Virus record (IMG/VR): IMGVR_UViG_3300047471_000189
Span: 1 to 64,000 of that record
From: a virus
DNA: 64,000 nt
Reading direction: 5' to 3' (one strand)
Shown: positions 39,356 through 48,300 of the stretch, piece after piece
How the letters are laid out: each line of letters starts with the position of its first letter
How positions within the stretch are numbered: position 1 is the first letter of the stretch
Translations under genes and position numbers: made by a program
The notes under the pieces: model-generated
The model's input: the letters and a program-made list of their open reading frames with translations, nothing else
Told to the model about the DNA's origin: nothing
Database searches by the model: none

Positions 39356-42300
39356 TCACTTCTCCTGATCGAACCCGCCGAATAACGACAAGCTCAACAA
39401 CTCATTTTTAACTGTGTCCGATCCCCAGTTCACCATGACCTGAAGGTGACGGCACTTGGCCGGTAGCTGGGTCTGAGATACATAGAACCGTTGGGCATAG
39501 GTGCTGACGCTGGGTTCGAGTTCTGTCGGGTCTTGAACGTACAAGGTGAGAGGTTCAAAGTAGCTGACCGAGGTTATGTTCACAGACAGTGCCTGACCTG
39601 TTCCTCCGGTAGTAGCCAGAGCCGTTCCTGTAGCTGGGTATCCTTCTCCGGGAAGGAGTAAGGAAAGTCCAGTTACTGGACCGGTGGGTCCTCCGGATAC
39701 GCTCGTAACTTTCGCAAGCCCGCCGGTTCCTCCGGGATAAACCACGGCGACTATGTCTCCGACGGTGTATCCGGCTCCAGCGTTGTTAGGAGTTATGAAA
39801 TTGATTCCGAAATACGGAGCGATTTCATCTAGCTGGATAGCAAGAGAAATTGGAGTTCCGATAGCTTTGGAGTCCGAGGTGAAGCTTTCAATCGTACCCA
39901 ACTGGCCGGGCTGCGCGATAACGATGCTGCCAAGGGTGGCCCACGCCGGGTAAGCAGAACCGTTGTCCGTAGAAACCGTGTAGTCCCTCTTCAAGATCGG
40001 GCCGCTGGTCTGTGGTCCGAGCAGAAGTTCGTGCGTACCCGGAAGAACTTCGATGGATTGTACAGCGGAGAACCCGCCAACGATCTGGGCTTTGGGGCTC
40101 CATGTTGTGCCGGTTTCGGGAGACGGTGTGGGAGTCATCCTCCACCAAACTCCGTTGAAGTCCGAAACGTATAATCCCTTATCCTGTGATCCAGCGACGT
40201 GCCAAGATATAAAAGTGCTGGACGGAGTAAAGGTTCCCGTGCCGAGGCCGGGCCCAAATTGATCGCCTATTGGAAACCCGATTTCGGATACACCCGAGCT
40301 TGGGTCCAACGTGAGGACCTGATTGTCGGATGAGTACAGGTATACGATGCTTCCGTTGACAGAAAAGGCGTCGTAGGAAACGAGCCCGATGTCTGTCAGG
40401 AACGGAGCAGAGAAGAACGCGCTTGTTGGTGTTCCTAACCCCTGAATGATGAAGATATCAGAGATCGTAAACACGAGCAGCCCGGAGGATGTTGGGAACA
40501 ACCTCGTCACCGTTTCCGGGAACGCGAATACGTTCGACGCAGACCAAGCTTCGTTTCCATTTCCGGCGGTTACATCCGGACCGGTAGAGAAGTAGACAAG
40601 GTTGTTGACTGCTCCCCAGATTCTTCCGAGGTGGTAAGTTAATGCCAGTAGTCCGGTCGGAGGGGGGTCGTTGATTCCGTCGATAGGAGCTTCGATGAGT
40701 TCATTAAGTCCGGTATCGGGAGTAGTATCCGTGTATGTCCACGTCGCTCCGCCACCGGGGTTCGGAATTTCATCTAGGAAGAAGAGGACCGATCCACCCT
40801 GTACCGTTCTCCAGATTACAATTGTGTCGATCTGTGTCGCAGAAGACCCGGCACCTTGGATAATGGCTAGGTTATCGGCACTGACGAGAATCGGAGCGCT
40901 TTCTTGACTTGCTGTCCCAATGTGCCCAGTAATGCTGTTTTTGTAACTGTAGGCATAGATCCACGCCCCAGTGTTTGCTTCTCCGAAAGGACCAGAGTTC
41001 AACCACAGTTCTGTGCTGTCCGTGGTGTAGGCACCAACAGCGGTAGCCCATGTCGGAGCCGTGGTTCCGCTTTCTCCGAGAATGGTGGTTTTCTCGACGG
41101 CGTTGTTAGAATCGAGAATAGCTGTGGCAAGACTTAGAGTCTGGGTGCTGCCGGGCCACGGGGATAAGGAAGGACCGCTCTGGTTTACCCACACCACTGT
41201 GTTGTCAATAGTGGTGGTCCCAACTCCGTTGGTCCAGTTCGGAAACGTGGTTCCGCTGGTTCCACCAATCGTGCATTGGAATAAGCAGTCTACCGTGACT
41301 GCTTGCTGAAAAGTTACAAAGACCGGGTTCCCAAACTCATCTGTCCCATTTTGTTCAGACGTGGTGATGTAGTAAGTGAAGGTAACCGCAAGTATGTCCC
41401 CGGCCACATAAGTATGACCCGTCAACCATGTCCCGGGACCGATACATGACCAAGTGACGTCCCCGTCGGCAGTAGTTCCCCCGATGATGGTGTTCCAAGT
41501 AGGAGCGGAACCGCCGGTCTGGTGAGGAGCACTTCCTGTAGAGATAAGTTTCTGGAGGTTGCTGTTCGAATCCAGAATAACGAACAACGGAGCATACCAC
41601 GTGCTGGCTCCCCACGCCGGGTAAACGGCAGGAGACGGGGCCTGTGTAACGGTAGGCGTTACAGTGGGAGTAGGTATTCCCCACGGTTCGACCTGTGATC
41701 CGAGGTTCTCCCATTGCGCCCCGCCGTCTTGAGTTATCGCATGAAGAACGGTCGACCACGTCGGTTGTGCGGCACCGGTAGTCCCGCTGCCCGTTGTGAT
41801 CTGGCCGGTCTCTGCGGCAAACGCTTGAGTCCCGCCGTTAGCAAATTGAACCTGCTGGCTATTTGAGTTTCCTGTCGAAGTCTGAGTCGTTCCATTTAAA
41901 GCAGGAACTGTAGTTAAACCAGACAGGGTGACCTTAGTTCCAACCGGAATTTCAAGAGAAGTACCGGTCCCCAAGAAAATCGTGGCTGTTCCGGAAGCGA
42001 TCTGTATGTCGGCAATGTTGCCTGTTTGGCTCCCGATGTTTAGCTGCAAATTCCCGTTGGGGTCTACGATGTACTGACCAGAGGTAAATGCCGTGTTGGC
42101 TTTCCAGATTAGTGGACTTTCTATAAGCTGGTTGGTAGACACTCCGTCCGAGAAGTAGAGAGTGTTTCCTACTCCCTGAAAGCTGGTGACCTTCGCGTCA
42201 GGGTTCTTGTTCCACAGAATCTGATTTGTGCTCGGTCCCGTTACATCTCGGACCGTGCCGCCTAATCCCGGGATAGGAGTAATAACCGCCTGCCCGGTAT

Positions 42301-42928
42301 CCGGGCTAGTGAAGAAGTTAAAGGTCCCGAACTGGAACATCGCCTGATTAGCGCCGAGAGTTATCCCAGAACCAGACGGAGGGGTTGTCGGGCCGAGGAC
42401 CTGTCCATTAAGGGCGGTGTAATTCGTCAGCCCGGAGAAGCTGTAGGTCTGACCAGAGACCGTTGCCGGTACGTTGGTCGAGAAGGTTACGATGGCAAAA
42501 TACCGGAAGATCGGCTGATGTAACGGGGTGTATCCGATAACCAGTCTGAGACTCTCCGTGGCCGTGACTAACCGGGTGCCATGCGGAGCAGCGGTTCCTT
42601 GGACATCAGCGATAACTCTGATCTGCTCTTGGTTGTTGATGACCGGGCTGAAGGCGTAGTACCGATTGATGCCGGGGAAAGTCTGGTTGTTGTAGACAGA
42701 GGTTCCCGGTCTCCGGATGAAGGTTAGCTTCGTGGAGATTTCAGAGTTGAGACCAGAAATGGCCGTGTCTGCCCGAGACCCGTAGTACTCTGCCTCGATG
42801 TGTGGGGCATTACCACGCAGCGGGTTTCTCTGGGTAACCACACCGTCGTAGAAGGTGTCGATCCAGAGAACTCCGTAGCGGGTTGGCTTAGAGGGTTGTG
42901 CCCCTTTTTTGGCAAGCTCGTTTGGCAC
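39356..42928 (-). CDS. tail nozzle/stabilisation protein with inserted Trp-rich repeats
   Basis: RRPGT N-terminus, GNTLYFSDG, YHLGRIWG..VYFS propeller motifs; about 4 G.TG..P.W.T..G.T.D...W repeats. Confidence 0.6.
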   Translation of the reverse strand: MPNELAKKGAQPSKPTRYGVLWIDTFYDGVVTQRNPLRGNAPHIEAEYYGSRADTAISGLNSEISTKLTFIRRPGTSVYNNQTFPGINRYYAFSPVINNQEQIRVIADVQGTAAPHGTRLVTATESLRLVIGYTPLHQPIFRYFAIVTFSTNVPATVSGQTYSFSGLTNYTALNGQVLGPTTPPSGSGITLGANQAMFQFGTFNFFTSPDTGQAVITPIPGLGGTVRDVTGPSTNQILWNKNPDAKVTSFQGVGNTLYFSDGVSTNQLIESPLIWKANTAFTSGQYIVDPNGNLQLNIGSQTGNIADIQIASGTATIFLGTGTSLEIPVGTKVTLSGLTTVPALNGTTQTSTGNSNSQQVQFANGGTQAFAAETGQITTGSGTTGAAQPTWSTVLHAITQDGGAQWENLGSQVEPWGIPTPTVTPTVTQAPSPAVYPAWGASTWYAPLFVILDSNSNLQKLISTGSAPHQTGGSAPTWNTIIGGTTADGDVTWSCIGPGTWLTGHTYVAGDILAVTFTYYITTSEQNGTDEFGNPVFVTFQQAVTVDCLFQCTIGGTSGTTFPNWTNGVGTTTIDNTVVWVNQSGPSLSPWPGSTQTLSLATAILDSNNAVEKTTILGESGTTAPTWATAVGAYTTDSTELWLNSGPFGEANTGAWIYAYSYKNSITGHIGTASQESAPILVSADNLAIIQGAGSSATQIDTIVIWRTVQGGSVLFFLDEIPNPGGGATWTYTDTTPDTGLNELIEAPIDGINDPPPTGLLALTYHLGRIWGAVNNLVYFSTGPDVTAGNGNEAWSASNVFAFPETVTRLFPTSSGLLVFTISDIFIIQGLGTPTSAFFSAPFLTDIGLVSYDAFSVNGSIVYLYSSDNQVLTLDPSSGVSEIGFPIGDQFGPGLGTGTFTPSSTFISWHVAGSQDKGLYVSDFNGVWWRMTPTPSPETGTTWSPKAQIVGGFSAVQSIEVLPGTHELLLGPQTSGPILKRDYTVSTDNGSAYPAWATLGSIVIAQPGQLGTIESFTSDSKAIGTPISLAIQLDEIAPYFGINFITPNNAGAGYTVGDIVAVVYPGGTGGLAKVTSVSGGPTGPVTGLSLLLPGEGYPATGTALATTGGTGQALSVNITSVSYFEPLTLYVQDPTELEPSVSTYAQRFYVSQTQLPAKCRHLQVMVNWGSDTVKNELLSLSLFGGFDQEK

Positions 42929-42944
42929 TCAGGCTCCTAGTTCG

Positions 42945-44036
42945 TTATCCGTTGAAGGGCCCGGGTCCGTAAGGCCACGCGGCCCCGATACCTTGCCAGT
43001 TAGCTGTCCAGCTTCCGTCGATACCCATTGCTCCGCGTTCCGGAGTCATGCGAAATTCTTCCTGCTGCCGGTCGGCACCACGGACGGATTTCATGAGTTG
43101 TTCTTCCCACTCTAGGTAAGACGCCTGTGCGTCCTTGGCTCCGTTGAAAGCCTTGAGCGCGGCCCGGCAGCCCTGCCGGAAAGTAAAGAACATGCTCTGT
43201 GGGATCGGGTCCAGAGACTGCTGTAGCGTAGCCACAACAGGGGGAAGCATTTGATACCGAGGAACAATCCACCAGCAGAGGCCGTTCAGAGCCGGGACAG
43301 GGGATAGCCGGAACCCATAACCGTTGGGGTCGGCAACTGTCCAGATTACGGTGTTGTCCTGAATTCTAGTTCCCGGGGTAGATTGTGGGGGAGCGGCTGG
43401 CTCGGTAGCCCCAGAGATACCGTAAGGAGAAAATCCGGGCGGTATGATCGTGGTCCCTGTGTACCCCGGAGACTCGATAGTCAAACCCAGTTGGGTCGAG
43501 TCAAGGAACAGAATGTTTCCGTTCACGTCGATAAACTGTTGTATAGGGGTCCGAGGAGTCATCGACACACCGTACCCACTGGAGTATTCGGTGTTCGGCT
43601 GCCACTGTCCCATGATTGCAAAGTTATTCTGGATGAAGCAGATTTGGAGAGGGACGCTTTGTGCCGATACCTGCGGAATGTCTCTGACGGTTTCTACGAC
43701 GAACGTCGGCTTTGGGGCCCCATTGTTATTGGACGTAGAGTTGTTGATGTCGACCCGCCACGCATCCTCCAACCACCCTATGTCTGTGAGGTTAGTGACA
43801 TAATCCTGCTGCAAGCTGGACGTGAGAAACGGTGGAGCAACTTTCCGGTTCCACTTCCACGGCATGTTCTCATCGAGAACCCGTTGCATCACCTCGTTCA
43901 CAATGGTGAGCATCGGCTCAGTGCTGTATCCAGCAGCACCTCCGAGAACATTATAGAATTCCGGATTGGCCTTTAGCTGGTTCGCGATCTGCTGACCAGT
44001 TAAGGAGTAAGCGTGATTTCCGGGGATTAAAGGCAT
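42945..44036 (-). CDS. head-tail adaptor-like protein
   Basis: V.Q.VL...PWKWNR, T...QDY, GWLE.A shared with 55009-55722. Confidence 0.55.
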   Translation of the reverse strand: MPLIPGNHAYSLTGQQIANQLKANPEFYNVLGGAAGYSTEPMLTIVNEVMQRVLDENMPWKWNRKVAPPFLTSSLQQDYVTNLTDIGWLEDAWRVDINNSTSNNNGAPKPTFVVETVRDIPQVSAQSVPLQICFIQNNFAIMGQWQPNTEYSSGYGVSMTPRTPIQQFIDVNGNILFLDSTQLGLTIESPGYTGTTIIPPGFSPYGISGATEPAAPPQSTPGTRIQDNTVIWTVADPNGYGFRLSPVPALNGLCWWIVPRYQMLPPVVATLQQSLDPIPQSMFFTFRQGCRAALKAFNGAKDAQASYLEWEEQLMKSVRGADRQQEEFRMTPERGAMGIDGSWTANWQGIGAAWPYGPGPFNG

Positions 44037-44063
44037 GAAGTCTCCGTCCGAATAATGGACAAG

Positions 44064-45314
44064 TTAGTTAGAGGCCCAGCAGGTCGTCGCGAGTGCCGCT
44101 ATAGTGCGACCAGCGTCTTGTCGGCTATCAATGTTATAGGAAAAAGTGGTGGTCGTTTGTGCGCTGATGTTAATCGCAAACCCACCCCGGTTCCCGATAG
44201 TTCCTCCGCCAGACCAAGTTCCTACCTGACACCACATGTAGTAAGTAGCGGGAAGTGTAGCTCCCCATGCTTGGGTAGCTTCGCATCCTTCTCCAGCGTT
44301 TCCGTCATCGACTACCGTGCAGGAAGTGAAAGTAACTTTCCCTATAATCGTAGTGGTAGGTCCTGTAGGGTAAGTAATCGCAACAGCGGTCTGGGCAGTT
44401 GTGCGACCCTTACCGTCGGTAGTTACCTGACACACATGGGTAGCATCTCCGCACGATCCCGGTGACCCGTTCACTGTGTTGAGGGTAAGGGGCTGCACTC
44501 CTCCGCCGCTTGGAGTAGTTGCGTCTCCGCCGCCGTTGATCTGTGTGATTCCGGCAGACGCCGACCCGCAGTTAGCTGCTCCTGACACCGCGATTCCTGT
44601 AGCGAATTGTCCACCCGGGCATTGTGCCGGAGTGGTGGCTAGAGCCGTAGCGGTTGCTGCGAGAGTGGCTGTGCCTGCGTTTCCTGAAGTGTTCGCGGCG
44701 TTGTCCGGGATGTCTGCACTTACTAACCCACGGATAGCAAGAGCCGCCGACCCTCCGGATGCTGGCCCGGCCAGTACCGTGTTTGCCGCAGCGGAAGACC
44801 CGGCTAAAATATTCGTCCAAGCTCCGGGGGCGGTTTGTGCTCCGGTTCCACCTTGGAGAATAGTAGCGAAATTCTCTCCACTTATGGTAGTTCCACCGGC
44901 TGCATAATACGCAAGTTGACCGGTAGTTCCGGGGTTGATTAACCCGGTTGTGGTGCTACTGACGACACAGACATTCGGAATCACTATCCCGCCCGCGCTC
45001 GGGTAGGAGATGGTTTCCGTTACGCAGTACCCCAACGGGATGTAGTAGTCGTAGTTACCGCCTTCGTCTGCGGTCACGACGGACGGGATAATCGGGGCTG
45101 TTAATAACGGGTCCGAGTATATCGTGGCTGCCATATCGGTCGCGGTGGAGGTGACGGCAACTGTTGAGTACGGTTGAATCACAGCTTCCACCCCGGACGA
45201 CCCGCGAGCTAAGACCTGTCCGACACGGTGATACCCGATGGTAACCTGACCATCGCTGTGTGCAGCGATAGCCAAGGCCATCAGTGTGCCGGAAATTATA
45301 TGAACTAATTTCAT
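44064..45314 (-). CDS. tail fibre-like protein with signal peptide
   Basis: MKLVHIISGTLMALAIAAHSDG|Q; ATIY.DP...TAD..GNY.YY domain; GGTGA.TA and VTTDGKGRTT fibre repeats. Confidence 0.65.
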   Translation of the reverse strand: MKLVHIISGTLMALAIAAHSDGQVTIGYHRVGQVLARGSSGVEAVIQPYSTVAVTSTATDMAATIYSDPLLTAPIIPSVVTADEGGNYDYYIPLGYCVTETISYPSAGGIVIPNVCVVSSTTTGLINPGTTGQLAYYAAGGTTISGENFATILQGGTGAQTAPGAWTNILAGSSAAANTVLAGPASGGSAALAIRGLVSADIPDNAANTSGNAGTATLAATATALATTPAQCPGGQFATGIAVSGAANCGSASAGITQINGGGDATTPSGGGVQPLTLNTVNGSPGSCGDATHVCQVTTDGKGRTTAQTAVAITYPTGPTTTIIGKVTFTSCTVVDDGNAGEGCEATQAWGATLPATYYMWCQVGTWSGGGTIGNRGGFAINISAQTTTTFSYNIDSRQDAGRTIAALATTCWASN

Positions 45315-45323
45315 CCTAACTCC

Positions 45324-48300
45324 TTATCGCAAAACCGAACCTTTGAAGTGTCCACCGTGTCCCTTAGAACCGTGGGTTGTCGGGTTCGTCACAGTGAGTC
45401 CAGTTGAACCGGATACACTTGACGAGGTAGCCATGATCGTCGTGCTACCTGCCAGAACGCCTGTGGCTAATCCCCCTGCCGAGATCGTGGCGATGCTTGT
45501 GAAGGTGCTGGACCACGTAACAGTTGATGTGCAATTTGTTGTGGTCGAATCGGACCAGTGGCAAGTTGCGGTGTACTGCTTCGTCGACCCCACAACAACC
45601 GAGGTACCGGCTGGGGTCACGACGATGCTGGTTAGGGTCGGCGGGATATTGATCGTATACAACGAACTTCCCACAGAGCTATTCGTAAACCCTGACGCAG
45701 AGGCTATCGCCTTGACTGTCTGGGTCGTCGAGACGGTGAGAGGGGAAGAGTAGACCGTCGATCCTGTTGTTGGGGTCGATCCGTTGGTTGTGTAATAAAT
45801 GGTAGATGCAGGCGTGGTATCGGAGAGCGCCACTGTCTGGGTAGACGTGTACGTTCCGGCGTTCGGGCTGGTCACTGGCGTAGCGACAACCGGAGCGTTG
45901 ATTGTATAGGCTGCGCTGCCTGCGGTGGAATCTTGGAATCCTGTTCCGCCAGCGACAGCATACAGAGTTTCACTGGCCGCAACGGAAACAGGTGCGGTGT
46001 ATTTGGTACCGGTTGTACAGCCGGTTGCTCCATCAGTTGCCGGAGACCCGGTCGTGTTGTAGCAGATTACAGATCCCGACGTAGTCGAGATCGTTACCGT
46101 CTGTGTTCCGGTGTAGGTTCCCGCAACAGGAGAGAAGGTTGGGGTAACTGCTATTGGGGCCGTGGAGGCCGTGAAAGACGCCTGATCGAGATTGATAAAA
46201 TACGTCTGTGAACCGCTTGGCGTATTCGCGTCCATCTGAAACTGGAAGCCGTTACCCGACGTCCACCCCATTGGAAGCACGCCTGAGTTCGTCGTGATCC
46301 CGAGGTTATGCACGGTCCCGTTCAAAACGAACGTGTCGTACACCTGACTATTTCCTACCCTGTGATCGGTAGTTGTGATGTGGTTCCACCCTATTAACGG
46401 TGCCTGCGTCACACCTGAGTCAATCCACTGTATTGTGGCCTGATCCCATGCGTCCCACGAATTATGGCCACCCGGACATCCTGCGCCGTTGTAGCAGTAC
46501 TGCCAGCCGAACATGTACTCCCGATTCAAACCGACCGAGAACAGGAAGGCAGTGTCTAACTCCAAGGCACCAAGATTCGAAGTGGAAGGAAGATATACTT
46601 CAAAATCGGATGCAAAGTTTGTGCAAAGGTCGCAAACTGGAGCGAGCCAGTAGAATAGAACATTGGTGTCTGGTTGGTTTGCGACCATACTCATTTGCAT
46701 GGACGACCCAGACAAGGAGGGTGAAGCGTTTCTGATAGTCTGATTGGTTGAGACGGGGATTCCTGTTCCCCCGGGATCGCATCCCGGTTTGATGCAGGTG
46801 TTCCAGCCAGTAAGTGAATTCCACAAGCCGGGCAAGTTAATCGTGTAAGCGGCACTTCCGACAGAGCTAGTCACAAACCCGGCTGCGGTAGCGATAGCCT
46901 TCACTGTGGTGTTGGAATTCAGGGTGATTGCTCCCGAATAGACAGTTGACCCGGTCGTGGGGGTTGAGCCGTCCAGAGTGTAGTAGATTGTCGAGCTTGG
47001 GGTTGTATCAGAGATTGTTACTGTCTGAATGCTCGTGTAGGTTCCAGCAGTCGGGGAGAAGGTCGGAGTTGCAACAGTCGGAGTGGAGTTATCTACTGCT
47101 CCAATGATGCCTCCGGTCGAACTGGTCACTACTGTGGATCTGGCCGTAGCGTAGTGCGTGTTCGCGTTGAATTGAAAACGCACCGGCATGTTCGCCGCAC
47201 CACCGCTCAGCCCAGTACCGCTCTGCGGGGAAACCGGCACATAAGTTCCCGTGGTAAATGGCTGGCTTGCGGTCGATATGAAGTTGCCCGAGGATAACCC
47301 TGTTATGTGATTATTGATTGGCGTGACTGAGGTAAAGAGGGGAAGATCACTCCTTGTGCTTTCCCACCCGCTGTTCAGATTGCAGGCGCTTGATGGAGAG
47401 ATCGGCGTCGTGATATTCATCAAAGAGCCAGCCGCAACGACGTTGGTTGTGAAATCACTAACGAACGTCTCAGTACTATTCCAGCAGGCGCTTGTTCCCG
47501 GTGTTTGCCAGATAATATTATTCTGCGCCATGACGCGGGGGTACTCGAAGGGAGTCCCGCCGCCATTGTCGTTCGTGTCCAGAATCCCCGAACCAAGAAA
47601 CGTGCCGGTGAAGCTCAATGTGTTGTTGTAGAAGTAGAGATTGCCGGGACGTGCTGCTCCGTAGGGACCGTGATCGCCTATAAAGTGGACCCCGAAAAGA
47701 GCGGTTGAGTTCTGGATGATGTTGCCATAGATATGATAGGTGTGAAACTGATCGTACCAAGCGGTCATCAGGTCCATCGTCATGATGTTGCCCTGCGCCC
47801 ATCCATTAGGGATGTAGTTGTACGCTCCCATATATTGCGGGGAATCTTGGTTATCTACGGCATCGATCACTCGCTGCGGACTGTTCGGGGTTCCTCCGGC
47901 ACCATCGCCAAAATAGTTGTACCGAACGATTGTCCCTACGCCTCGATCCTTTAGATTGATTCCTCCAGAGTTGAAAAGCATCTTGTCGATGACGTTGAAT
48001 TGGACAAGCTGCAACCAGCCTTGCAGGTAGAACTGATGGATGCTTCCGTTGCCGCTGACGCCGGTTCCGTGGACGTGGTTACCTTCATAATCGGTGTTCT
48101 GAACCAGCGCCCAGCCGTTATTGGTATTGAAGTCGGAGAAGATTCCAAAGTCGCTGTTTGAAACATCGTTCCCACGGATGACCGTATCCATACTGGGCCA
48201 CACGCGAAGCCCGGATGTTGCCAGCGCCCAATTCGCTACCGTCCCACCCGGGGCCGTGTGACTCACAGAGGATGAGGCATTCTTGATCGCCAATCCTTCA

